A stretch of DNA of 64,000 bases from Candidatus Bathyarchaeum tardum (lineage in GTDB: Archaea; Thermoproteota; Bathyarchaeia; Bathyarchaeales; Bathyarchaeaceae), in NCBI GenBank assembly GCA_024650005.2, contig CP122380.1, forward strand, positions 736,001 through 800,000. The letters run 5' to 3'. Position numbers and translations under genes: made by a program. The notes beneath the pieces are model-generated. The model did no database searches. It was not told the origin of the DNA and worked only from the letters and a program-made list of their open reading frames with translations. Below are positions 51,339-61,419 of this stretch, piece by piece (the stretch's first letter is position 1; every line of letters starts with the position of its first letter).

Positions 51339-53135
51339 ATGGTTCGAATAGCGGTCCTTGACGAAGAAAGATGCGAATCCAAACGCTGCGGTAGACCATG
51401 TTTCCGTTTTTGTCCACCAGTAAGAAACAAAATTGAAGCAATCGTATTCGAAGGCGAAACTCCTCAAATCATAGAAAGCCTGTGTGTAGGATGCGGCATC
51501 TGCGTTAGAAAATGCCCATTTAAAGCCATTTCAATAGTTAACTTGGCTGACGAACTTGAAGAAGACTGCAGCCACCGTTTTGGACCAAACACTTTCAAGC
51601 TGTTTCGTCTTCCAACACCTTCAGCAGGTGTTGTCTTGGGTCTTTTAGGGCAAAACGGCATTGGGAAAACAACTGCACTGCACGTTCTATCAGGAGAACT
51701 CAAACCAAACTTGGGACGATTTGATGATCCCCCATCTTGGACTGATTTAATTCAGCATTTTCGTGGCTCAACCTTGCAGGATTATTTCCAGAAAGTAAGT
51801 GAAGGCAATTTGAAGGTTGTTTACAAACCTCAGTACGTAGATAAGATATCTCGAGTAGTTTCAGGAAAAGTCGGCGACCTGTTAGAAAAAGTTGACGAAC
51901 GAGGCAAGCTGGCTCAACTCAAAGAACAACTGCAACTTGAAACAATATGGAACAGAAACCTCAAAGTCTTAAGTGGAGGAGAACTGCAAAGAGTTGCTGT
52001 TGCTGCGTCGATTTGTCGAGAAGCCGACGTTTACCTTTTTGATGAACCTACCAGTTATCTTGACGTTAAACAACGTTTGAACGCTGCCAAGGCTATTCGA
52101 TCCTTGAAAGATGATGAAAAAACAGTTATTGTTGCCGAGCACGATCTTGCAATTCTTGATTATCTTTCTGACCAAATTTGCATTTTTTATGGTGACCCAG
52201 GAGTTTACGGTATTGTTTCTCATGTTCATGGAGTACGTGTTGGAATCAATATTTACCTTCAAGGTTACATTCCTGACGAAAACGTCAGATTTAGACCCGA
52301 ACCAATAACCTTCAATGTTAGACCCCCCGCTGCTGGGTTAACTGCCGCTGAAACCCTTCTGAAATGGACTGAAATAACCAAATCTTTTGGGGATTTTGAA
52401 TTTACGTCAATGCCCGGGGAAGTAAAACGAGGTGAAGTAGTAGGAATTTTTGGACCCAACGGAATCGGAAAAACAACTTTTGTAAAAATGCTTGCTGGAA
52501 TAGAAAAAGCCGATTCGGGGGAAACTTCTGCTGAAGATGAGATGAAAATAAGTTATAAACCACAATATATTACGCCCCAATATGGCGGAACAGTTGAAGA
52601 CCTTCTCAAAGAAACCGCTGACAAAGCCTTTGGAACAAGTTTTTATCATACTCAAATTCTGCAGCCACTTAAAGTGCCGGTTCTTCTTGAACGAGAGTTA
52701 ACCGAACTCAGTGGCGGAGAACTACAACGTGTTGCAATCGCTGCTTGCTTATCCCGGGAAGCAGACCTTTATCTTCTGGACGAACCCAGCGCTTACTTGG
52801 ATGTTGAAGACCGGCTTTCTGCTGCCCGTACAATTCGGCGAGTGATTGAAAACAAAAAAGTCACTGCATTGGTTGTCGAACATGATGTTGTGGCACAAGA
52901 CTTCATTGCTGACCGGCTTATGATTTTTGCTGGAGAACCCGGTGTTCGCGGATTTGCGAATCCACCAACTGATCTGCGTAATGGCATGAACAGTTTTCTT
53001 GAGGACATGGCTATTACCTTCAGGCGTGACCCCCAAACAAAACGTCCTAGGGTAAACAAAGAAGGCTCTCGGCTCGACCGTGAACAAAAAGACCTTGGCG
53101 AATACTATTACATGAGCACAACTGAAGAAGAATAG
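51339..53135 (+). CDS. ABCE1: Ribosome recycling ATPase ABCE1/Rli1
   Basis: N-terminal Fe-S cysteines, two NBDs (GxNGIGKTT, LSGGELQR) and RPRVNK. Confidence 0.97.
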   Translation: MVRIAVLDEERCESKRCGRPCFRFCPPVRNKIEAIVFEGETPQIIESLCVGCGICVRKCPFKAISIVNLADELEEDCSHRFGPNTFKLFRLPTPSAGVVLGLLGQNGIGKTTALHVLSGELKPNLGRFDDPPSWTDLIQHFRGSTLQDYFQKVSEGNLKVVYKPQYVDKISRVVSGKVGDLLEKVDERGKLAQLKEQLQLETIWNRNLKVLSGGELQRVAVAASICREADVYLFDEPTSYLDVKQRLNAAKAIRSLKDDEKTVIVAEHDLAILDYLSDQICIFYGDPGVYGIVSHVHGVRVGINIYLQGYIPDENVRFRPEPITFNVRPPAAGLTAAETLLKWTEITKSFGDFEFTSMPGEVKRGEVVGIFGPNGIGKTTFVKMLAGIEKADSGETSAEDEMKISYKPQYITPQYGGTVEDLLKETADKAFGTSFYHTQILQPLKVPVLLERELTELSGGELQRVAIAACLSREADLYLLDEPSAYLDVEDRLSAARTIRRVIENKKVTALVVEHDVVAQDFIADRLMIFAGEPGVRGFANPPTDLRNGMNSFLEDMAITFRRDPQTKRPRVNKEGSRLDREQKDLGEYYYMSTTEEE

Positions 53136-53152
53136 GTTCCTTTGCAGTTTGT

Positions 53153-53401
53153 TTAGGGTATTGTTTGGTCTATTGTCTCGATGTAGGTTTGATTTAGCGA
53201 TTCAATTTGATTGATTAAGGTATCAGTTTGGTTCAGAAGCTTATTTTCTAGAGCTCGTATTCGTTCAAATTGCGGTAGACTTTCTGTGTCTAGAGTTTGT
53301 TCGCATGCGACTACTGCATAGTCAACAACAACACATGCGAGTATCACTGCGGACGTAACGAAAAGTAAAGTTGCTACTGTTGTCTGCATTCCCACCCACA
53401 A
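53153..53401 (-). CDS. Small membrane protein with a pilin/FlaG-like hydrophobic N-terminus
   Basis: GMQTTVATLLFVTSAVILACVVV followed by a coiled-coil. Confidence 0.55.
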   Translation of the reverse strand: MWVGMQTTVATLLFVTSAVILACVVVDYAVVACEQTLDTESLPQFERIRALENKLLNQTDTLINQIESLNQTYIETIDQTIP

Positions 53402-53576
53402 TTTACAAAGACTGTTTTTTGATATAATATCGGTTATTTCGGTTCCAGATTTGTTGTTGTGTTCAACAATGAATCTAATAATGAAACATGACTAGAATTG
53501 ATTATGGTTAACAAGTAATGCGAAACTATAATATTACAAGCAAGGGACATAATCAGAAATAATAGGCGGTTCTGTT

Positions 53577-54209
53577 ATGGACGAAAAAACTTTTGAATGT
53601 CTTGTGATGGACTGGGACATGTTTTATAGGTTAGCTAAAAAAGTAGCAGACAAAATTAACAAATCAGGTTATCAACCAGAAGTAATTGTTGGTTTGGCTC
53701 GAGGGGGATGGGTATTAGCTAGGGTTCTTTGTGATTTTGTTGGAGTAAAAGATCTTGTCAGCCTCAAAGTTGAACACTGGGGGGTAACTGCAACTCCCGA
53801 CGGAACGGCTAAAATAAGAAATGAAATACGTGCTGACCTGAAAGGAAAAAATGTGTTAATTGTAGATGACCTCACAGACACTGGTGAAAGCATGCGTGTG
53901 GCTGTTGATTACATTAAATCGTTAGAACCTGCCGAAATCCGAACTGCCAGCTTGCAACATCTAACCTGTGCAAAATTCAAATCAGATTACGTTGGAGAAG
54001 AACTGCCTTGGGTGTGGGTTATCTTTCCATGGAACTTCACTGAAGACCTGTGCACAATTATTCCAAAAGTTTGCCGACGCATGAAAGCAACTCCTGAAGA
54101 AGCAGATGTTACCCAAATAAAAGACGAACTCAAACAATCCTATTGTATCGACACAACTGAAGAAACAATAAACGAAATTCTGCAAGAAATCAAAAGAAGA
54201 AAAAATTAA
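53577..54209 (+). CDS. Purine phosphoribosyltransferase-like protein
   Basis: Motifs ARGG, VLIVDDLTDTGES and WVIFPW. Confidence 0.9.
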   Translation: MDEKTFECLVMDWDMFYRLAKKVADKINKSGYQPEVIVGLARGGWVLARVLCDFVGVKDLVSLKVEHWGVTATPDGTAKIRNEIRADLKGKNVLIVDDLTDTGESMRVAVDYIKSLEPAEIRTASLQHLTCAKFKSDYVGEELPWVWVIFPWNFTEDLCTIIPKVCRRMKATPEEADVTQIKDELKQSYCIDTTEETINEILQEIKRRKN

Positions 54210-54262
54210 ATGGAAAAGAGTTAATCTTGAATTTCAAAATTCAAGCCTTTTACCTTTCATTT

Positions 54263-55075
54263 TTAGAACATAGCGTCTTTTAATGCTGAACCGCAAGTGC
54301 ACTCTCGTTTTTTAGGCACTTGTGGAATGGCTTCTAGAATCAGTTTTTTGAGTTTTTCGTTGCTTTCTTGGGCTTTTTCGATCACTTCTTTTGTAGAAAC
54401 TGGGCTGTCTGCCCAAACATCGTAATCAGTAACCATGCAAATGGAAACGTAACACATTTCTGCTTCTCGGGCTAAAACACATTCAGGGTACACGGTCATT
54501 CCTACTATGTCGGCGTTCCATGTTTGGAACAATCTGGATTCTGCACGGGTTGAAAATCGTGGACCTTCGACACAAACGTAAGTTCCAGTTTTTTTTGCAT
54601 CTATTCCGATGGCTTGAGCTTTTTGGATGAAATATTGTCTGAGTTGTTCACAGAATGGATCTGCCGAGGAAATGTGGCAGACTTGTCCGCCTTCATAAAA
54701 GGTATCTAACCGTTTTTTTGTTCGGTCAATGAACTGGTCGGGAACTACGAAGGTTCCTGGTCCATAATCTTCTCGTAGGCTGCCTACTGCTGCAGAAGCA
54801 ATTATTCTTTGAACTCCTAACTGTTTTAGTGCCCAAACATTAGCCCGATAGTTAACTCGATGAGGCGGAATCGTGTGGTTTTTGCTATGTCTTGCAATAA
54901 ATGCTACTTTAGTGTTTTTGTAATTACCAATGGAAACAAGATCAGATGTTTCACCAAAAGGAGTAAAAATCTTTACTTCTTTTATGTCTTCAAAACTTTC
55001 TTGATCATACACACCCGTTCCGCCAATTATTCCAATTTCTACAGTTTCTGTTACCGCCAAACTGTTCACTTCCAA
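54263..55075 (-). CDS. mtnP: S-methyl-5'-thioadenosine phosphorylase
   Basis: Motifs IGIIGGTG, NYRAN, DQFIDRT, EGPRFSTRAES and VTDYD. Confidence 0.95.
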   Translation of the reverse strand: MEVNSLAVTETVEIGIIGGTGVYDQESFEDIKEVKIFTPFGETSDLVSIGNYKNTKVAFIARHSKNHTIPPHRVNYRANVWALKQLGVQRIIASAAVGSLREDYGPGTFVVPDQFIDRTKKRLDTFYEGGQVCHISSADPFCEQLRQYFIQKAQAIGIDAKKTGTYVCVEGPRFSTRAESRLFQTWNADIVGMTVYPECVLAREAEMCYVSICMVTDYDVWADSPVSTKEVIEKAQESNEKLKKLILEAIPQVPKKRECTCGSALKDAMF

Positions 55076-55413
55076 TCTTTAACGTATTACGGTTAGATTT
55101 AATTTAAAAGTAATTCTAAATGCATTTAATCGTTCACAAATCACATTTTTGGAATTCTTAGTTCTCTCAATTTAATCGCCATTCGCTTTAACTGCTATTA
55201 TGGGGTTTTAGATTTATTGCAATTAACAGTATTCAATAGTTTCAATAGATGTTATATATCCATCTTAATGAAATAAATAGATTTGATTCAATAAATTAAA
55301 TCTACATGAGTTATAAACGGCAGGATACGGATTACAATTCAACTCCGTGAAACAGAAAAAGCAACACGTTTTTTTATTTAATTATTAATGTATACTTGAG
55401 GTGAAAACTGAAT

Positions 55414-56373
55414 ATGGTATATGAAGCACCACGATATAATCCAAATCCTAAAGTTGTAATTGCTTTAGTCGCAGTTATTGTAGCTGCAGTCGTTTTCGTA
55501 TCTGTCTTTGTATTGACTATGTGGGTTAACGTGCCTGTAGGCAGTGCAGTCGTAATGGTTGACCCCTTAAGTGGACAAATTAGCGACCCAATTATGGGTC
55601 CTGCATGGGCGACCAAAGCTCCATGGGTTGATGCAGTAGAAATAACGGTTGCTGTGGACACTCTGGGAATGTGGGGTGACGGATACGACCGCACCGCAGA
55701 TTTTCCAACTGTAAAAAGTTTTTCTAGAGACCAGCTGGAAATGGAAATTGACATAACGATTCGTTGGAGACTTGACCCCTCGAAAATTAAACAATTGTAT
55801 GAGAATCTGCCTCAAAAGAACTGGAAAGAAGATATAATATCTTCCATTGCGCGAGAACAAGTCCGAATCGTTACAAAAGATTTCAACACAATTCAAACAA
55901 TCGAACAAAGGGACTACGTAGCACAAACAATTCGAGATGCAATATGGAACAAAATTAGTTTATCTGCACCTCTTGCTGGAGCAATAACAGACTTCGAATT
56001 TGAACTCAGAAACATAGGATACCCCGCCACTTATACGACGGCAATTGAAGCAAAACTGGTCGCAGAACAACAAAAGATTCAAGCAGACTTTGAACGCCAA
56101 ATAGTAGTTATTGAAGCTACAGCAACTGCAGAAAAAATAACAATTGAAGCCGCTGCAAACGCAAACGCAACAGTTATTGAAGCAAATGCGACAAAAGAAG
56201 CTATACAACTTGTTCTTGAAGCTGCAGGAGCAGATCCAAACAATAGCACCCGACTTGCAGAACTTTATCTTACTGTGCAGACACTTCAACAAATCGCTCC
56301 AGACATTGACATGCTGATAATGGCACCTGATGGAACACCAATACTGCTTCCTTCCACAAACACGAGAGATTAG
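55414..56373 (+). CDS. SPFH/prohibitin (band-7) family protein
   Basis: N-terminal TM, band-7 domain and an AIEAKLVAEQQ coiled-coil. Confidence 0.88.
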   Translation: MVYEAPRYNPNPKVVIALVAVIVAAVVFVSVFVLTMWVNVPVGSAVVMVDPLSGQISDPIMGPAWATKAPWVDAVEITVAVDTLGMWGDGYDRTADFPTVKSFSRDQLEMEIDITIRWRLDPSKIKQLYENLPQKNWKEDIISSIAREQVRIVTKDFNTIQTIEQRDYVAQTIRDAIWNKISLSAPLAGAITDFEFELRNIGYPATYTTAIEAKLVAEQQKIQADFERQIVVIEATATAEKITIEAAANANATVIEANATKEAIQLVLEAAGADPNNSTRLAELYLTVQTLQQIAPDIDMLIMAPDGTPILLPSTNTRD

Positions 56374-56483
56374 CAATAGCTTTCCCTTTTTTCTTTTTTT
56401 CTTTGTTTGTTTTGAGGAACAAACATAAATTATGAAGTAACATCTTAGTTTTCAAGACAACCTCAAATCGGAGATAGGCACAT

Positions 56484-57050
56484 TTGGGCTTCTTTAAAAT
56501 GTTCAAAAAACCAAAAACTGAAGTCAAACTTGAGCTTAAAAAAACTTCAATGCCTTTGGGCTCAAAAACAGTTGCAACTATCACAGTATCGTCAAAAGAA
56601 GAATTTGATGCAACCGAAATACGGGCAGAGCTCCGATGTATCGAAAAAGTTCGACGAGAACGATGGTTATACAATGAAAGACTAAGGCGTAACGTACGAC
56701 ATGTGTATTGGGATTCAGCAACTTTAGTTTGTGAAGACCTGAAAGCTAACGGTTCAATACACATTGTTCCGGGATTCAAAAAGAAGTTTGAAATCAAGGT
56801 TCACATCTCTACAAGCGGACGTGAAACATTCGATGGAATCGACAGGAACGTTTCATGGTTAATAAAAGGCGTAGTAGCAGTAAACGGTCGTCCTGACGCA
56901 GTAAGTGAAACAACTAAGCTACAAATATTCCGACCTTCAGGCACAGCAAATAAGGAAGAAATAGAAATGGTGCCATGTGAATACTGCCGAGCATTAATAC
57001 CAGTAACCTCTAGTGCATGCCCAATATGTGGAGCACCCCGAAAAAGCTAA
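56484..57050 (+). CDS. Spo0M/arrestin-N-like protein with C-terminal zinc ribbon
   Basis: Beta-sandwich pattern (VKLEL..LG....ITV, W.IKG.V...GRPD); CEYC..CPIC. Confidence 0.6.
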   Translation: MGFFKMFKKPKTEVKLELKKTSMPLGSKTVATITVSSKEEFDATEIRAELRCIEKVRRERWLYNERLRRNVRHVYWDSATLVCEDLKANGSIHIVPGFKKKFEIKVHISTSGRETFDGIDRNVSWLIKGVVAVNGRPDAVSETTKLQIFRPSGTANKEEIEMVPCEYCRALIPVTSSACPICGAPRKS

Positions 57051-57146
57051 ATTCGGAATATGTGGATTTTCTGGCAAAGTTTCCAAAAGGTGATTGATGA
57101 TTATTAGTTAGATACTAAGCATATGATTCACTGAAAGCGGTAGTCT

Positions 57147-57596
57147 CTAGGTAAACAGGTCAAATTTTGGTGGAAGCAAAGAGTGTTCATTATTGGAAAG
57201 GGCAAAAGAAATTTTTTGAATGCTAGGATATTTTTTAATTGCAGTGATTTTTTCAGAAAGGTCGTTAAAACTTTTGAACATTAACTCGGCGTAAGCTTCA
57301 AAATCACCTAACGAACTCGAAACCAGGTAAACCCCCCGAGTTTGTCTTAGCAGGTTAACAGTTTCAGAAACTCTTGTTCCCGAAGAAGTTTTTATGAACA
57401 AATACGCAACTCCCACGTACCCGAGTTTTTTCGTATCAACCCGAATTGAAGCGTAGATTATCTGCTTTTTCTTCATCGAATGATATCGTCTAATTACAGT
57501 TTGAGTAGCCACACCTATTTTCTTTGCAATTTTACTGAAGGGTTGCCGAGCATCCTTTGACAATTCAGACAAAATTAAAACATCAATTTGATCCAT
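57147..57596 (-). CDS. Lrp/AsnC transcriptional regulator
   Basis: MDQIDVLIL..DARQPFSKIAKKIGV HTH followed by a RAM domain. Confidence 0.9.
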   Translation of the reverse strand: MDQIDVLILSELSKDARQPFSKIAKKIGVATQTVIRRYHSMKKKQIIYASIRVDTKKLGYVGVAYLFIKTSSGTRVSETVNLLRQTRGVYLVSSSLGDFEAYAELMFKSFNDLSEKITAIKKYPSIQKISFALSNNEHSLLPPKFDLFT

Positions 57597-57611
57597 GATT
57601 ATCACCATTGC

Positions 57612-58073
57612 TTAAATAATGTTTTCAACAAACAAAAAATTCTTATCAAGATTCGTTGAAATTTTGATTTTTTCTACCCCAGGAATTTTTTTTATTCGGT
57701 CTTGAATTCCTTTGATTTCATCAATATTACGGGTGTAAGCTACAGCGAAAATGTCGTAATTTCCAATTACTGGAATGCATTCCATGATGGTTTTTATTTT
57801 TTTGATTTTTTCTGTCACCTCTTTTTCGTAAGATTGATTGATCAAGTCAATTGTTATTGCAAGCGCAAACATTTTTTCATTTTCTGACAAATCAAGAACA
57901 AGAGTTGTCCCTGCAATAACGCCCATTTTCTTTAATTTATTGAACCGCTTCACCACGGCGACAACTGAAACATCCAGTTCTTTAGCAATATCCGAAAAAC
58001 TAGTTCGAACATCAACAAGCAACTTTTTCAGCATTATTTTATCTATATCATCTAACAAATCCTGCACGTCCAA
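57612..58073 (-). CDS. Lrp/AsnC transcriptional regulator
   Basis: LDDIDKIML..DVRTSFSDIAKELDVS HTH; GNYD. Confidence 0.9.
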   Translation of the reverse strand: MDVQDLLDDIDKIMLKKLLVDVRTSFSDIAKELDVSVVAVVKRFNKLKKMGVIAGTTLVLDLSENEKMFALAITIDLINQSYEKEVTEKIKKIKTIMECIPVIGNYDIFAVAYTRNIDEIKGIQDRIKKIPGVEKIKISTNLDKNFLFVENII

Positions 58074-58292
58074 TATTTTTTAATGTTCAAGTGTCATCAG
58101 CTGAATATAATAAATTCAAAATATAATAAACCATATTTAGCTTTTATGGTTTAATATTTTTATTTTTTTATTGCTAAAGGTAAATATTATATACATTTTA
58201 ATTCGATAGATGTCTTTTATGAACGTGAAAAAATGAAAATAACCAAAATTTTCTCCCCTTCTTTTTTTGCTGTAGTATTTAAAAAAAATCAA

Positions 58293-58398
58293 GGGCTGAA
58301 AAGGCTCAAGCACAAAAAATGAAAAACTAAACAAAGTGATAGTAGCAAAGTTTTTTCATTTTAACACCTTTGGATGGTGCAAGATCCTCAGCTAACCC
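58293..58398 (+). repeat. 106-bp self-complementary element, copy 1
   Basis: Reverse complement of 61264-61369 with 2 mismatches. Confidence 0.9.
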
Positions 58399-58487
58399 TG
58401 TTTCTTTTCAGAATGAAAACAAAGTTTAGGAGTATCCAAAGACGACCAAAAAACAGTTGATTAACCATTGAAACAAATATTATTTAA

Positions 58488-59603
58488 TTAAAATTTTAGT
58501 TTGAATCCAATTTTTCGAAATGTTCGATTGCTAGTTATGATATGGAATATTCGGGATAAAAATGGGTTTACATCCACAATAACACGTGTTCTGGGTTCAC
58601 ATTTAGCGTTCCAAGTTTGAACGAGTGGAAGATTTGTGATGAAATCTATCTTTTTAACAGATTTATTTTTGTAAGTTTCACGAATTACAGAATTCATCAA
58701 AAATTTGCCTGCACCAAATTTTCGAAAAAGCCAATTAAAGGAAGTTTTCAGAAAAATCGATACGTCATTATGAAGAAAAACAATTTGATAAGCTATCGCT
58801 TTTCCGTTAACCTCTAAAAACCAAACTTCTGATGCATAAGGAGTGTTGGTTCCTTCAAAACTTTGAGAAGACTCTAAAAATATTCTAAGCATAAAGTCTT
58901 CTTTTATGTCGTTTTTCTCTCTCCAAGTTTCCTTCCAACTTTTTTGTTCAATTTTAAAAACAGTTTTAATAGATTCAGCATTAATTGGAACACAAACAAT
59001 TTTCCAAGAACCAAAATCATCAAGACGCCTCTTATTTCTTTGAAATTCTTTTCGTACTTCATTTTTTAATGAAGAATAAAAAAGATTATAACTCCCCTCC
59101 AACGGAATTACAGCTCGACCTAGATCTTGTTTTTTGTTGATTTTTAGTTTCTTTTTTAAACATTCCTCTTCAAATCGTTTCAAATTGGGAGAACGGGAAT
59201 CAAAAGTAACAGATGCAAACCTACATCTCAATTGGGTAAATATTGCATCTACTAATAGAGCCATACATTGCTTGCGATATTTTTTTAAAAAAACAAAGTC
59301 AGAATATAGATCCTCTCTGAGACTAGAAATTTGGTTTGAATAAAAACTTCTTTTCATCTTTAAAGGTGCAATTCCAATAAGTTGGTTATTGCACCAAAAA
59401 GTGAAAATCAAAGGAGTCCAACCATTTTGTTCACAGTATTGCATGAAACTAACAAGTATTTTACTGTACAACAGTGGATTTTCTGTACGCGATACGAAAC
59501 TATTCCAAACAGTTTCTTTATCAATCACATCTTGCAAGTTAGTAATTATTTTTACATTAATTATGAATTTTTTGCCATTTTTTAACTCATATTTTGTTAT
59601 CAA
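58488..59603 (-). CDS. CelD/BcsL-like GNAT acetyltransferase
   Basis: LIGIAPL; C-terminal GNAT (FLEVNGKAIAY, FGAGKFLM). Confidence 0.75.
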   Translation of the reverse strand: MITKYELKNGKKFIINVKIITNLQDVIDKETVWNSFVSRTENPLLYSKILVSFMQYCEQNGWTPLIFTFWCNNQLIGIAPLKMKRSFYSNQISSLREDLYSDFVFLKKYRKQCMALLVDAIFTQLRCRFASVTFDSRSPNLKRFEEECLKKKLKINKKQDLGRAVIPLEGSYNLFYSSLKNEVRKEFQRNKRRLDDFGSWKIVCVPINAESIKTVFKIEQKSWKETWREKNDIKEDFMLRIFLESSQSFEGTNTPYASEVWFLEVNGKAIAYQIVFLHNDVSIFLKTSFNWLFRKFGAGKFLMNSVIRETYKNKSVKKIDFITNLPLVQTWNAKCEPRTRVIVDVNPFLSRIFHIITSNRTFRKIGFKLKF

Positions 59604-59953
59604 GGCGCTTCAACTAATCACATTCAAAATTTTATTCTTGCTTTGAATTATTATTGATTTCATGGAAGCCAAACAGCCCAATTTTTAATTAACTTTATGT
59701 TTTTACAGGTTAAACCAAAAATTTGACTCAAGATTTTTTTAACTAACCCAACAGGAATTCACAACACTGCGTACTAATCCCTAAAATTTTATTGGAGGCT
59801 CAACATTTTGTTAACTGTGGGTTTTTCGTGGAAACCATAATTTATGTCAAATGGTTATCTAACAGCAAATTTATTAAAAGGTTCATTATTTTATCAAATC
59901 ATCCGAAAAATTCTACAAAACCGTAAGCACAAAAACGAAAGATTGAACTAATT

Positions 59954-60661
59954 ATGGTTAGTTTTATTGAAATTGATGGGAAACTTCTGAAAGGTCATTT
60001 TGTTGAGAGGCTGAACCGTTTTTTGGCTCAAGTTGAAGTAAATGGAACAGTTGAGTCATGTTTTTTGCCAAACCCTGGGCGAATGCGTGAACTTTTGGTT
60101 CCTGGGGTTGAAGTGCTTGTTAGAGATGCAGAAAAAAAGAACAGAAAAACCAAGTTTGATTTGATTGGTGTCATGCATGAAGGGGAGCTTGTTTCTTTAG
60201 ATACGATGGTTCCCAATAAATTGGTTTTTGAGGCATTGAAAAACAAAGCTATTGAAGAGTTTAGCAGGTATAATTTTGTTAAGCCAGAGCAGGCATATGG
60301 GCATTCTAGGTTTGATTTCTTTTTGGCTAATGATGATGAAAAGTGCTTGTTGGAAATTAAGTCATGCTCCTTGGTGGAGGATGGGGTGGCGTTGTTTCCT
60401 GATGCCCCAACAACTAGGGGTAGAAGGCATTTGTTAGAGTTGATTGAAGCAAAAAAAGAAGGCTATCGGGCTTGTGTGTTGTTTGTTATTCAACGGGTTA
60501 ATGCACATGTTTTTGGTCCGAATGATAAAACAGACCCTGATTTTGGAGAAGCTTTTAGATTGGCTCTAAAGAATGGGGTTGAATCTTATGCATATTTTTC
60601 TGAGTTTGTTGGGAATAGGGTTTTTCTTAGGAATAAGGTTGTGGTAAAGCCGTCGGTTTAG
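59954..60661 (+). CDS. sfsA: DNA/RNA nuclease SfsA
   Basis: Motifs RLNRF, PNPGRM, SRFDF, EIKS, FPDAPTTRGRRHL and FVIQR. Confidence 0.95.
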   Translation: MVSFIEIDGKLLKGHFVERLNRFLAQVEVNGTVESCFLPNPGRMRELLVPGVEVLVRDAEKKNRKTKFDLIGVMHEGELVSLDTMVPNKLVFEALKNKAIEEFSRYNFVKPEQAYGHSRFDFFLANDDEKCLLEIKSCSLVEDGVALFPDAPTTRGRRHLLELIEAKKEGYRACVLFVIQRVNAHVFGPNDKTDPDFGEAFRLALKNGVESYAYFSEFVGNRVFLRNKVVVKPSV

Positions 60662-60920
60662 GGGGTTTGTTGCTAGTTTTGGGTATACCCATTCATCATT
60701 TATTGATTTTAAAATATGTTTGTTCAGTATAACACAATATTTATATATGAATATTTAATATTTACTTTAATTAGTGAATAAATGTGGGGTGTTGATGGAT
60801 GCAAAGAAAAATAGTAAAACCAAAACGTCCAACCAAAATCAGTGAAATTTGCAGGAAACAGTTTTCTGAACCTTGGTATTTCATTCACTACTAAAGCACA
60901 AGGATAGGAGATAATAAAAA

Positions 60921-61145
60921 ATGGAAACAATGTGTGATTTAAAGCCCGAAACAAAGGCAAACACCGCTGAACAACAAAGCATTGAATGTTTTGTCTGCAA
61001 GGGGAATGCCTTCAAAGTAACCAGGGTAACTCCAGAACTGGTTATGCTGAAATGTAAAAACTGTTCAGAAATACACATGATGTCAACCCAAACAAACAGC
61101 AAAATCATAATGTTTTGGGACGCAGAACAATTACCATACTACTAG
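60921..61145 (+). CDS. Small zinc-ribbon protein
   Basis: SD aggag; CFVC...CKNC. Confidence 0.7.
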   Translation: METMCDLKPETKANTAEQQSIECFVCKGNAFKVTRVTPELVMLKCKNCSEIHMMSTQTNSKIIMFWDAEQLPYY

Positions 61146-61254
61146 CTTACTTTTCTTGACTTTCATTTTCTATTTTCTTTTAAATAAAATCAATTTTTTG
61201 TTTTTAATTTTCTAAAAATGACTAGTAAACATTTGCTTAAATTTTTTACATCGT

Positions 61255-61379
61255 GAAAGAAATGGGTTTGCTGAGGATCTTGCACCATCCAAAGGTGTTA
61301 AAATGAAAAAACTTTGCTACTATCACTTTGTTTAGTTTTTCATTTTTTGTGCTTGATCCTTTTCAGCCCCATTTCTTTC
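61255..61379 (-). repeat. 106-bp element, copy 2, with perfect 12-bp terminal inverted repeats
   Basis: GAAAGAAATGGG (61255-66) pairs with CCCATTTCTTTC (61368-79). Confidence 0.85.
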
Positions 61380-61419
61380 GATTTTTCCCAAAAAAAGAGG
61401 AAAATGAGGAATTTTTAGT

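Noticed and set aside
57085-57135. C/D-box sRNA (tgatga...ctga)
   Set aside because: The C'/D' boxes are poor and the second guide is too short.
58137-58334. Paralogous ORFs MFSFSFFVL... (also 61328-61633)
   Set aside because: They arise from reading through the 106-bp repeat; there is no similarity beyond it and the second runs antisense to a real gene.
61270-61310. CTGAGGA...GAAA as a hammerhead ribozyme core
   Set aside because: No stem II closing pair next to the core and no stem I/III arrangement.
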